A DNA stretch of 64,000 nucleotides, from the NCBI RefSeq assembly GCF_964213995.1, contig NW_027590140.1, forward strand, positions 868,001 through 932,000, in the 5' to 3' direction. Below, in pieces: positions 13,480 through 25,515 of the stretch (the stretch's first letter is position 1; every line of letters starts with the position of its first letter). The stretch comes from Mustelus asterias (lineage: Eukaryota). The notes under the pieces are model-generated. The model searched no databases, was not told the origin of the DNA, and was given only the letters and a program-made list of their open reading frames with translations. A program made the position numbers and the translations under genes.

Positions 13480-15200
13480 CATACAGTTGTGCAGTGCAGA
13501 AAGGGCTCCTCGGTCCATCAAGTCTGCACTCACAATGACTACCACTCAAGTCGCAATACTTACATGCTCTAGCATTTGTCCCATATCCTTGAATGTTATG
13601 ATGTTTCAAGTTGTCATCCAAATACTTTTTGAAGGTTGCAAGGTTTCCCACCTCCATTGCCTTCGCAGGCAGTGCATTCCAGATTCTCACCATCCGCTGA
13701 GTATTATTTAAAAATCCCCTCTGTATCCCCTGCCCCTTGCCCAAAAACTACGCTCCCATGTGATTGATCGTCAACCAAGGGGAATAACTGCTTCCCATTC
13801 AGTATGTCCATACCCCTCATAATCTTATATACCTCAATCATGTCTCCTCGGCCACCTCTGTTCTAGAACAAAATAACAATCCAAGCGTATCCAGTCTCCC
13901 TTTATTGCTCAAATGCTCCATTCTCGGCAAAAGCTTGGTGAATATCCTCTGTACTAGTGGAATTACATCCTTCCTATAGTGGGATGACAAGAACTGTATG
14001 CAGTCCGTCTGCTGTGGCCTCACCGGCGTTCTGTATAGCTCCAACATTACCTCCTTGCTCTTCTACTCTCTGCCACAACTGTTTAAAGCAAGTGTCCGTA
14101 TGCGTTCCAAAATATCGCATTCATCTGCTCTGCTGCCTTCAAGGCTCAATGAATAATTACCCTGTTGTGGGAAAAGTCACCACTCGGAGATCAGACTTGA
14201 GATTCAACTTGCAGTTTATTAAATCGAAGTGCTTCGGAAGAAACCCGATAGTTTCTTAAATTTTGCTTGGTGGCAGCACGTTTTTATACATTGAAACATC
14301 AGTAGTTTTGCATAAAGCCGTAGGCAGTTCCATGCTCTGGCCAATTGGGCCCCCTTGACAATAGCCAGTTATCAATAACTCCCAATCACATTTTGTTGTA
14401 AACAACTCATACCTCATAGTTTCACTTCCCCCTTTCAGGCCATCTGCTGGTGAGGTACCTGGCTATTCTTCTCCTTTGCTGTCTGACTATTCCTGCTTGC
14501 TTTGCATTTTAACACGAAAATGAGACATGGCTCACCCTAGCTTGTCACTGAATCAGGGCTCGAGTGTCTGTGGTTAACCACAGAGTGCAACGTCACATAC
14601 ACATCATTTCTTGTCAGCACAGTTTTGAATTCACAATAAATGGTTTAAACAGTTTTAAAGTCACAATAATGGCTTAAGCAGTCTCAACTTTAAGTTTCTC
14701 CAGCAACCCCAAGAACCCTCTGTTTCTCTGAGCCTCCTCGTGTCCTGCCATTCATTAAATACTCATTTGTCTTGTTTCTTCTCCCAAAGTGCATCAGCTC
14801 GCACTTGTCAGGATGAAATACCATCTGCCACTGCTCTGCCGTCTGACCAACACATCTATATCTTCCTGACAACTACAACCTTCTTCTTTACTCTTAACGA
14901 CCCTCCCAATCTTGCTCATCATTCCTCTACATTATCATCCGATCATTTGTGTAGATAACAAACAATACGTGTCCCTGCACTGATATTTGTGGTACGCCAC
15001 GAGACACCAGCTTTCAGCCACTCAAGCAGCCTTCTATGATGATACTTTGTTTACGATTGCGAAGCCAGTTTCCGATCTGCATTGCAAAGTTTCCCTGGAT
15101 TCCATGTGCGTCAACCTTGTCAATCAGTTCCCCCATGTGGGTCCTTGTCAAAAGCTTTGTTGAATACCCTATAAACAACATTAATTGGACCTTATCATTG
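13480..15200 (-). mobile_element. Old CR1 LINE fragment
   Basis: Degenerate minus ORFs with LELYRTPVRPQ, FHPDKCELMHFGR and GNWLRNRKQ. Confidence 0.8.
14163..14705 (-). mobile_element. Solo LTR inserted in the old CR1
   Basis: TGTTG...CAGCA termini, 4-bp TSD accc (14159-14162 and 14706-14709), minus-strand TATA-like (~14285) and AATAAA (~14216) motifs. The CR1 continues on both sides. Confidence 0.65.
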
Positions 15201-15604
15201 GCTTGGTTAACTGTCCAATATCCAACTACCTTGCTCTGACTTGACAGCAAAACAATGACAATGATACATCACCTCTCCGATTCACCCTTCCAGCTGCCCA
15301 TTATCCCACTGCTTCACTCTGATTGGACCGCAATCATCCAAACATCACCCTCTTGGAAAGTGGTTCTACAATTCCCACAGTGCACCGGTGGGGGTGGCCT
15401 GAACAAGTGAGGTCACAGAGATGGCATGAGGTAAACAAAGCGAAGTGAGGTCACAGGGGGCACCTACATGAACACCTGGGGTTAAGAGTTAATTGTCGCG
15501 TTGTCAATTTGGAGTCAAAATGGGACAGGGGATTGAAGGGGAGCAGGAGGGTCATTAGGCTCCAGAATCAGTCTCAGCGAGAGAGAGGGAGGGAGGGAGG
15601 GAGA

Positions 15605-17929
15605 CATAGAACGTAGAACATAGAACATTACAGCGCAGCACAGGCCCTTCGGCCCTTGATGTTACGCCGACTAGTGAAACCAATCTAAAGCCCATCTAAC
15701 CTACACTATTCCAATATCATCCATATGTTTATCCAATAACCATTTGAATGCTCTTAATGTTGACGAGTCCACTACTGCTGCAGTCAGGGCATTCCACGCC
15801 CTTACTACTCTCTGAGTAAAGAACCTACCTCTAACATCTGTCCGATATCTATCACCCCTCTATTTAAAGCTATGTCCCCGAGCGTTAGCCATCACCATCC
15901 GAGGAAAAAGGCTCTCACTATCCACCCTATCTAATCCTCTGATCATCTTGTATGCCTCTATTAAGTCACCTCTCAACCTTCTTCTCTCCAACGAAAACAA
16001 CCTCAAGCCCCTCAGCCTTTTCTCATACGATTTTCCCTCCATACCAGGCAACATCCTGGTAAATCTCGTCTGCACCCTTTCCAACACTTCCACATCCTTC
16101 CTATAATGCGGCGACCAGAACTGTACGCAATACTCCAAGTGCAGCCGCACCAGAGTTTTGTACAGTTGCAACATGACCTCCTGGCTACGAAACTCAATCC
16201 CTCTACCAATAAAAGCTAACACACCGTACGCCTTCTTAACAACCCTATCAACCTGGGTGCCAACTTTCAGGGATCTATACACATGGACACCCAGCTCCCT
16301 CTGTTCATCCACACGACCAAGTATCTTACCATTAGCCCAGTACTCTGTATTCCTGTTACCCCTTCCAAAGTGAATCACTTCGCACTTTTCCGCATTAAAC
16401 TCCATTTGCAACCTCTCAGCCCAGCTCTGCAGCTTATCTATGTCCCTCTGTAACCTGCCACTTCCCTCCGCACTGTCTACAACTCCACCGACTTTAGTGT
16501 CATCCGCAAATTTACTAACCCATCCTTCTATGCCCTCATCCAGGTCATTAATAAAAATGACAAACAGCAGTGGCCCAAAAACAGATCTTTGCGGTACACC
16601 ACTAGTAACTGAACTCCAGGATGAATATTTCCCATCAACCACCACCCTCTGTTTTCTTCCAGCTAGCCAATTCCTGATCCAAACCACTAAATCACTCTCA
16701 ATCCCATGAGTCCGTATTTTCTGCAAAAGCTTACCATGGGGAACCTTATCAAACGCTTTGCTGAAATCCATATGCACCACATCGACCGCTTTACCCTCAT
16801 CCACCTCTTTGATCACCTTCTCAAAGAACTCAATAAGGTTTGTGAGGCACGACCTACCCTTCACAAAACCCTGCTGACTATCCCTAATCAAATTATTCCT
16901 TTCTAGGTGATTATAAATCCTATCTCTTATAATCGTTTCCAATACTTTGCCCACAACAGAAGTAAGGCTCACCGGTCTATAATTACCAGGGTTGTCCCTA
17001 CTTCCCTTTTTGAACAAGGGGACAGCATTTGCAATCCTCCAGTCTTCTGGCACTGTTCCAGTAGGTAATGACGACCCAAAGATCAAAGCCAATGGCTCTG
17101 CAATCTCCTCTCTAGCCTCCCAGAGAATCCTAGGATAAATCCCATCCGGCCCAGGGGACTTACCTATTTTTACCCTTTCCAGAATTGCTAACAGCTCCTC
17201 CTTATGAACCTCAATCCCATCCAGTCCAACAGCCTGCATCTCAGTACTCCCCTCGACACTGTCCCTCTCCAGTGTGAATACTGACGAAAAATATTCATTC
17301 AGTGCCTCTCCTATCTCTTCAGACTCCACGCACAACTTCCCACTCCTGTCCTTGACTGGCCCTAATCGTACCCTAGTCATTCTTTTACTCCTGACATACC
17401 TATAGAAAGCTTTAGGTTTTGTTTGATCCTACCTGCCAAAGACTTCTCATGTCCCCTCCTGGCTCTTCTTAACTCTTTCTTTAGGTCCTTCCTGGCTAAC
17501 ATGTAACTCTCAAGCTCCCTAACTGAGCCTTCACGTCTCATCTTTACATAAGTCTCCTTCTTCCTCTTCACAAGAGATTCAACCTCCTTAGTAAACCACG
17601 GTTCCCTCACACGTCTGCTTCCTCCCTGCCTGACAGGTACATATTTATCAAGGACGCGTAGCAGCTGTTCCTTGAACAAGTTCCACATTTCAATTGTGCC
17701 CATCCCCAGCAGTTTCGTTCCCCAACCTATGCCAGCTAAATCTCGCCTACTCGCATCAGAATTTCCTTTCCCCCCGCCATAACTCTTGCCCTTTGGTATA
17801 TACCTATCCTTTTCCATAGCTCAGGTAAACGTAATCGGATTGTGATCACTGTCACCAAAGTGCTCACCTACGTCCAAATCTAATACCTGGCCTGGTTCAT
17901 TACCCAGTACCAAATCCAATGTGGCCTCG
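15605..17929 (-). mobile_element. Young 5'-truncated CR1 LINE with a near-complete RT domain
   Basis: 506-aa minus ORF 15860..17380 with NYRPVSLTS, DFSKAFDKVPH, SGVPQ and KFADDTK; (catagaa)n tail. Confidence 0.95.
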
Positions 17930-17954
17930 CATAGAAATAAAGCAACAGGATTAG

Positions 17955-18480
17955 ACACCTAGAGAGAGAGAGAGAAGGGGAGAGAGTGAGGTAGAGCGAG
18001 AGGAGCAGTGCGAGAGAGGAGGAAGAGAGGGCAGGGAGGGTTGCAGAGAGAGGGAAAGGGGGCAGACAAGGAGGTAGATAGAGAGAGGGTACAGTGAGAG
18101 AAAGAGGGCGCAGAGAGTGAGGAGACAGAGAGAGAGAGAGGGGGCAGAGGGAGACTGGGCAGAGAGAGAAGTGCACTGACAGCGTGGGGGAGTGAGAGAG
18201 GTACAGAGAGATGGTGGGGCAGTGAAAGCGTGGGGCAGAGACAGCATGGAGCAGAGTTAGTGTGGAAGAGAGATTGGGGTCGAGTGAGAGTGGCAGAAGA
18301 GAGGGGGTAGAGAGATAGTGGCACACAGAAAGATGGGGCAGGGAGAGCAGGGGCATAAAGAGAGAAGCGCAGAGATAGTGGGGAAAATAGACACAGGGAA
18401 GAGAAAGAGAGACGGAGAGATGGGGGAGGCTTGGGGGCGGGGGCGAACGTAAGTGAGAGAGAGGTGGAGAGAAAGTCACA
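17955..18480. repeat. GA-rich low-complexity tract
   Basis: Degenerate (GA)n/(GAGG)n sequence. Confidence 0.85.
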
Positions 18481-19277
18481 ATAATGTAGAATAATGCTGC
18501 AGTTATATACAATAACATTTCAACTTTGCAAATGAACTACGTTTAATCTTTTAAAAATGGACAGAGACAACAAAAAGAGCTGAGCATGCACAGCCAAACA
18601 AAGAGCAATGGCTGCAGGGTCTCTCTCTGAACACTGAACACCTCCCTGCGCTTACTGAACAAGTAATTGTAAAACTATCCAAAGACTGATTGCCATCCCC
18701 AGTATTGACAAAGGGACATAACAACTATTTTATGTCAGAAACGTTAGATGTTAATTTCCGAGACAAAAATGTGCATCCTGTGTCTCCACTTAGAATATAC
18801 AAAGACAAGTGTTAAAAACTAGCCCAGAGAGCTGTCCAGGGCTGCTGCCTCACAGTCTGTCAGTCTGTATGTGTTGTGTCTGTGTGTGCCCTGTGAGCAA
18901 ACCAGCTGGAAATTTGCCACATTGAAAACGATACAGTAACTGGATCAATACCCCTACAAAATGGCCAGCTTTTGCAGGAATATCTAAAGCTCCCTCTCTG
19001 ACTGTGAAAGTCAATCATCCAGCAGAACAATTGCAGCTGGAAAAGTATCTGGAATCTCTCTACTGAACAACAGGACACTTCAGCTGAAGAGTCAATTACT
19101 GGCAACAACCTCTATCGGTCACAGCGCTCAGCATCTACTCCTCACCAAGGACAGTTCCATATATTTTATTTATATTTACTTACTATTAAACACGATTGTC
19201 ATTTCTAATTTGTATGAATGTAGAGGCATGTGTTTTACCATTTCTTCTTACACTTTTAGGAAGAAATAAACACTCTG

Positions 19278-20508
19278 GTTGGAATTTTACGACCTCTTTA
19301 CGCCTGTTTTGCAGCGGAAAAATGACGTAAAATCGGGCATAAAGAGGATAACGTGAATGGCACCCGTTTTTGCGCCTGTCGCGAAATTACAACACCCGGA
19401 TTTCCAGCCCGGTCAGTCTCTCAATGGAAATGGGCGAGTGGTTGATTAGTTTATTTCATTTTATGGAAGTGTTGGTTTCCATGTGTTTAGCAACTCCGGT
19501 GCTCAAACATCTGGGCTCGCTTGACTTCATGGTCTCACCCGTGAGAGGTTCTCTGCATTGAGTAAAACACCTACCTGCTCAACGTGAATGGTGAACAGTC
19601 GTGTTGCCCTTTCGGGTGGAAGCGGAGGCAATTGAGGCCTTCTGAGGAGGCCAAGTGCAAGGTTGGGGTGTCCCTAGGGAGTGCCAGACTGGCAGTATCA
19701 CCCTCGCAACTAGGCAATGCCAGCCCTTTTTTATTTTATTTATCTATTAGTCACATGCACACTTACATCAACACTGCAATGAAGTTACTGTGAAAATCCC
19801 CGAGTCGCTACACTCTGGTGCCTGTTGAGGTACACCGATGGAGAATTTAGCATGGCCAATCCACCTAACCAGCACGCCTTTCGGACTGAGTGAAAACCGG
19901 GGCACCCAGAGGAATCCCACGCAGACACGGGGACAACGTGCAGACTCTGCACAGACAGAGAACCAAGCCGGGAATCGAACCTGCATCCCTGGCGCTGTGA
20001 GGCAGCAGTGCTAAGCACTGTGCCACCGTGCCACCAGGGCAATGTAACCGGGCAGTACTGCCTCTGTGAGCAGTGCTCGGGGTGATGCCAATGGAGGCCG
20101 GCCAATGTTGGAGGGGGGCCAGCTGCCACCTTGCCTGTGGTCAGTGGGGGAGGGATGTGAGCCCTGATCGGTCTGGGCAGCGGCGGGGTAGCGGGGGCTG
20201 CATCTCAGGCAGCGGGTCCCCGCGATTGCTGGTGGGAGGAGGAGCTAGTTGTGGCTGTCAGACCCCTGCTACTGCGAATGCACATGTGCAGCATCAGAGG
20301 TTTGCACATGTGCACTACCTTCCTCTACAGGTTGTCTGGCGAGTTAAGCCCTGCCCACAGCCTCTCTCGCTAGAAATTGACTAACCCATCATTTCAGAGA
20401 CAGTGTGTATAAGATTGGGCGTGAAAACTGGCCCCAAAAACGGACCTGGAATTCTCCCATTCTCAGACTAGCTGGATACTTAGAAAAAATCTCGTAAAAT
20501 GTCACCCT
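19278..20508. mobile_element. Probable non-autonomous DNA transposon/MITE with a nested SINE
   Basis: Imperfect inverted ends (ggaattttacg at the left, cgtaaaatgtcacc at the right), GC-rich interior and no coding capacity. Confidence 0.45.
19730..20035 (-). mobile_element. tRNA-derived HE1-like SINE
   Basis: Reverse strand reads ggcacggtggcacagtgcttagcactgctgcctcacagcgccaggga...ggttcgattccc (A/B boxes) with a conserved body ttggccatgctaaatt. Confidence 0.85.
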
Positions 20509-20794
20509 TTCTTCAGTCAAGAAAGCCTGATTAAATTGATTCCCGCTTTAACATAACTACCGAGTCTGGAAAAGGTTTTGAAGGGAAAGGGCTCCTTGAT
20601 ATATTAAAAATTGATGCTCAGCACGGAGGGTGGTTGAAAACAAAACATGGAGCCAATCATCCCTCCACACCCGGCTCTGTGTCAATTGGCGGCGGGTGGG
20701 AGGGAGGGGGGAACACAGTTGGATGGTGACAAATCGAGGGGTCTCGTCCAGATCAGCAACCTGTGAGGAACTCACCTGGGGCTGGTCGTTACAA

Positions 20795-21225
20795 AACAGA
20801 GAGGGGAGAGGCACAGAGAGGGGAGGCGGTGACATACAGACTGAGAGCGAGAGGGGAGAGAGAGCGCGAGAGAGAGAGACAGAGGCAGACAGCTAGAGAG
20901 TTAGACAGAGATGATAGGAAGAGAAGGAGAACGAGACAGAAATAGGTGGGAAGAGACACACAGAAAGTGAAAGAGACAGAGAAAGGGGGGCGAAGGAGAC
21001 AGACAGAATGGGATCAAGACAAACGGACAGAGAAAATAAACCAGAGAGATACAGTCAGAGAGAAAGAGAGAGAGAGAGAGCACGTATGGAGAGAAGCGAG
21101 ACATTTAGGCATCTGGCGGCAGAAAAAGAGAAATAGACATGGAGGGGAAGAGACAGATACAGAACATGTGAAGAAAGAGAGAGATAGATGAGAGACAGGC
21201 ATAGAGAGGGAAAAAGAGTCACAGA
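20795..21225. repeat. GA/GACA-rich low-complexity tract
   Basis: Degenerate (GA)n/(GACA)n sequence. Confidence 0.85.
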
Positions 21226-22520
21226 GTATCTGTTTTATTGGAGCCAGGATGGAGGCAATGTTGGGTATACATTTCCCGTGGTAGGTTACCAAACCCAGAA
21301 ACGCTCTTAAATCCTGGATGGAGGTGGGGGCCTTTGATCACCCGCATCTTGTCCTCCAAGTGTACCGCACCAGACTTGTCTGCTCTATCGCCCAGATAGA
21401 TCACTTGAGGACCTGGAATACACATTTTTCTCTTCTTCGGTAAATCAACTTAGAACTTCCTCAAGCTTCTCTAGCTGTTCGGTTTGTGTTTTTCCCGTTA
21501 TGATTTCGTCATCCAGACATCAGGGCAAGGCGATGGCCTAGTGGAGTTATCACTAGACTATTAATCCAGAAACTCAGCAAATGTTCTGGGGACCCATGTA
21601 TCCCCACATGACAGGTAGTAGAATTTGAATTGAAGAAAACATATCAGGAATGAAGAATCTATTGATGACCATGAAACCACTGTTGATTGTCGGAAGTACC
21701 CATTTGGTTCAGTCATGTCGTTGAGGGAAGGAAATCTGCCGGCCTTAGCCCGTCTTGCCTACATGTGACTCAGAGCCACAACAATGTGTTTGACTCTCAA
21801 CTGCCCTCTGAACTGGCTGAGTGAGACAATCAGTTCAAGGAAGACCAGGGATGGGCAATAATTGCTGGCCAGCCAGTGATGACCATGTCCGACGAATGAA
21901 TAAAAAGGTATAGCAACCTGCGGCAGACCTTGTAAAATATTTTCCATCATTCACTGGAAGATTGAGCAGGCAGACGATACCGAAATGGCAATCTGGTGTA
22001 CCGTAAAGGTTGTATGAGTATTAATTGTTGAATATCTCTGGGAATCTTGAGTAGCTGCAATTGCAAGTGGACGTGAATCATCAAGTTTTGAAAACGAGAG
22101 ATCTCCTGACAAATTTGCCCATAAATCCTGGAGCTGCAGATCAGATATTTATCCTGCTGCAAGAAACAGTTCATCCACAAAGGCAGACTATTCATCCAGA
22201 TTCAAAACTCGGACGACCGGTGCTGTCCATTTCGCAAATTGGAATGGTTTGATGATCCCTTCAGATTCCAGTCTTTGGATTCCCGCATCAACTTTTGCCT
22301 GAAGGCAAATAGTGCAGGGCGGATCTTACAAAATCACGGAGTCGCTTCTTGGTCAGCAGGTAACGTCGTCCTGACTCCTTTGTTAGTCCATAGACCTTCC
22401 TGGAAAGCCTCAGGGTCTTTAAGCAGGACTTTACAAAGGCAGCCATTCTCCATCTGGAAGATGTAAAGCCAATCGAGGTGGAATTCTCACAACCACTTTT
22501 GCCCACATTTGTCTGAGCTA
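21226..22520 (-). mobile_element. Decayed second Gypsy-type pol fragment, interrupted by a SINE
   Basis: Minus-strand fragments MMENILQGLPQVAI, PQVIYLG and YHGKCIPNIASILAP resemble Gypsy RT (FQRxMENIL / YYGKFIPNLAxxLAP). Confidence 0.6.
21522..21907 (+). mobile_element. tRNA-headed SINE of a second family (Deu-domain-like tail); related copies on the minus strand at ~30740-31010 and ~37420-37690
   Basis: tRNA-like head gatggcctagtgg...; tail ctacatgtgactcagagccaca...gccagtgatgaccatgtccgacgaatgaataaaaa. Confidence 0.6.
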
Positions 22521-22807
22521 ATCTCTTCTTTTTCAGATGCCTGAAGAAGCTTTTACATTGTAACTCTATTTTCCACAGTCATTTCCATTCATATTATCTA
22601 TTCCTTTCTTAATCATTTTCCCAGTTCCCCTTTGCTGGGTTCTAAATTGTTTGGACATCCAGAATTTTCAGCGCGTTTTTTTCCTGAAGGGATTCCAGTC
22701 ATTAGTTTGGAGAGGACACGGCATTCAGTAACAATAAAGTGTACCGGTTACAGACAACATGGTGCTGACAAAACATCCTGCAGAGAAACAAGATTAGTAT
22801 ACATTGC

Positions 22808-23245
22808 TTAAAGGTACAATATCGCCACAATACTGCATTTCAATGAGAGCGGATGGAATGCCCTTGTATATGGCATGAAGGCGGCAGAAGTTGAAGCAAT
22901 TCCAGCTTGTTCTGTAGTATTTCTGCACTCCAGGATGGAGCTTGTGAAGATGAGATGCTGCATTGCATCAAGATCGAGAAGAGTGTTGGTGCGATGACAC
23001 ACCCTTGCTGGATCCCAGTGCGAAATTGAATTGTGCCTGTAGTGGATCTGTTGGCAGGTCATCCTTGAGCAGGGGGAGGAAGGGGATAAATGTTTGGAGG
23101 AGTCACAATGGAGGAGAACGCTCCATAATCGCTCGCATTTTAACGTGTCAAAGGTTTTTGTGAGGTGACAGTAGGCCATATGCAAGGGTTGGTGCTGTTC
23201 CCTGCATTTCACTTGCAGTTGCCGCGCCGTGAAGATCATGTCCGT
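22808..23245 (-). mobile_element. RTE-clade LINE RT fragment
   Basis: GRTDMIFTARQLQVKCREQHQPLHMAY..LTKTFDT matches the RTE RT motif pattern. Confidence 0.75.
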
Positions 23246-23450
23246 TCTGCCCCGTGCTCCAGCCAGTCCCTCCCCCACACTTTGGTGCTTCTGACCCTCC
23301 AATCAGGACCGTTTCTTCCCCGTGCTCTATCAGCTCCTCCTATGGACCGTCGTGGTGCCTGACACTCCAATCAGAGCGAGAGCTTCTTCCCAGTGCTCCG
23401 TCTACCCCCTCCCCCACACGCACGTGGTGCTTGACCCTCCAATCAGACCG
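23243..23450 (+). repeat. Three diverged ~70-bp tandem units, each ending in CCAATCAG
   Basis: tggtgcttctgaccctccaatcag, tggtgcctgacactccaatcag and tggtgcttgaccctccaatcag. Confidence 0.7.
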
Positions 23451-25190
23451 GTAGGTATTTTCCTGGACTCCTTCTTCCGGCGGCTTGCGCTTTTGCCACT
23501 TAAAGACTGAGCTCGTGTGGCCGCTCCTTCAGTCTCCTCCAGTCAGTCTGCAGAGCAGCCTCAGGGGCTCCTCCAGCCCGCTTCCAAATCACTCATAACC
23601 CGCAGGGAAAAAATGAGGAGGCATACAAACCCAGAATGTGTGTCTTAACGAAGCCAGTTCCAGCTTCATTTTCTTTCGACAAACCAGCAGCAAAACAAAG
23701 CTCACAGAAACCCAGTGTGTGTGTGTGTGTGTGTTTGTGTGTGTGTTGTGGGGGCGGGGGAGGGTACAGATGGAGCGAAGTCCCCTTTCAGTCTGTCAGT
23801 GGAAAACCAACAGCAAAAGGACACAAATTGCTGAGGAAAAGACCAGGTGTATCCACGTGGTGCTCGGGCTGCAGGGTTGCTGAAGACGTCATGCCGCTTG
23901 ATGTCTTTCAGCGATTCCATCAGGAGTCTGGACGCGGCCTCCACTTTTCCATCGATCCTACTGGACCGTCCAGCCGTTTCGATTATGCAGGCAAATTCAC
24001 TGTTCGGAAAATGAAGATAATTGTCGAGGATCCATATTTGTATTGGTAAACATTAGAAATAAGGCATAGATTTATTTGTGTTTATTTGCTGTTTCTGTGC
24101 CTGGAAAGCACCTCATGCTAGACACATGCTGGACAAAGGTGTTTGTATCTGTCGTGTTGCTTAAGTTCTAACTAAATTTCTATTGTGCTCAGAGAAAATG
24201 AAGGCGTGAAGAGTAAATGAAGCAGCCAGCAGAGGTGTGTGGTCTTGCTTATCAAGTGGGGGTCCTCACAAGGGAACAGCTTTTAAGTTTTATTTCAGCG
24301 AATTTGAGAACATTTGGAACCATATCGCTGAAGCAGTTCTTAACTCTGCAATGAAGATGGGAGTAGGTGGTCTTGTGTTAGTCCATTCTTCATTTAAATG
24401 CAAAAAATAAATGCTTCAGTTAATTTTACATCGAAAGATTTTTTTTTTCAGAGAACTGAAGGCAGTTATTCATTTCTAAGTCAATTTTCCCGGCTCAGAC
24501 ATTGTGAACTCTCAGCTTGAGATATTACCTGTATTTCGGTTTGGATCTGAAAACCTAGAATGTGTTGTGAAGCCTGACTCGAACCCTTTACTGTGAGGAC
24601 AACTTTTTTCATTCCAGGTGTGATTCTGTTGACAAGAGGTAGCTTTTATCAAAGCAAATTTTATTTATCAATACAGTTTAACATATCAAATAAATTAGCT
24701 TAACTTTTGCCAATTAATATACTTAAACATGACAAGGCACAATATTTAACAGCTAACCTCGATCTATTAGTTTCAATTCAAGCATTATTCTTCTTATAAA
24801 CTTAAAATCCTCATCAAAATAAATTAGCAACAGGCAGGCGTATTTGTTTGTACTTGCTAACAGTCCTTTGTATTTTAGTACTCCGGCTGCCAGTCCTCGA
24901 GTCTCCAGAACATCTCTGGAGAAAACGAGAGTGAGAGACAATTTCTCCTTGTAGGTCCCAAACAGCTGCCTCCGGAGAGTGAGCGAGCGAGAGACAGAGA
25001 GAGAGAGATGCATCTTGCTTCCTTCAGAACCTGACAGTAACTGGTTACTTTTCCCTCCTGCCCTTGCGCACATGACTCCCTCAATCAACTTAATCAAAAC
25101 GCAACCTTTGATCACTGTCTCTGCAGAGTTTGCACAATCTCCCTGTGCCTGCGGTGGGTGCTCCAGGTTAATCTCACAGTGATTCTTCCC

Positions 25191-25515
25191 AGAGGGGAAG
25201 AATCATAAACCCATACAGTGCGGAAGAAGGCCATTCATCCCACTGAGCCTACACCGACAACAATCCTACCCAGGCACTATCCTGTAACCTTACGTATTTA
25301 CCCTGCTGGTCTCCCTGATAATGAGGGGCAATTTAGCATGGCCAGTGCACGTTAGGTGCACTGGCCATGCTAAATTGCCCCTCATTATCAGGGAGACCAG
25401 CAGGGTAAATACGTAAGGTTACAGGATAGTGCCTGGGTAGGATTGTTGTCGGTGTAGGCTCAGTGGGATGAATGGCCTTCTTCCGCACTGTATGGGTTTA
25501 TGATTCTTCCCCTCT
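25191..25515. repeat. Perfect inverted repeat (160-bp arms, 5-nt spacer) formed from the 3' half of a SINE
   Basis: 25191-25350 is the reverse complement of 25356-25515; spacer gttag. Confidence 0.95.

Noticed and set aside
17880-18518. Long Leu/Ser/Pro-rich minus ORFs (also around 20.6-21.3 kb)
   Set aside because: These are translations of GA/CT low-complexity sequence.
23243-23450. CRISPR-like repeat-spacer array
   Set aside because: The context is vertebrate, the whole units are homologous with no unique spacers, and there are no cas genes.
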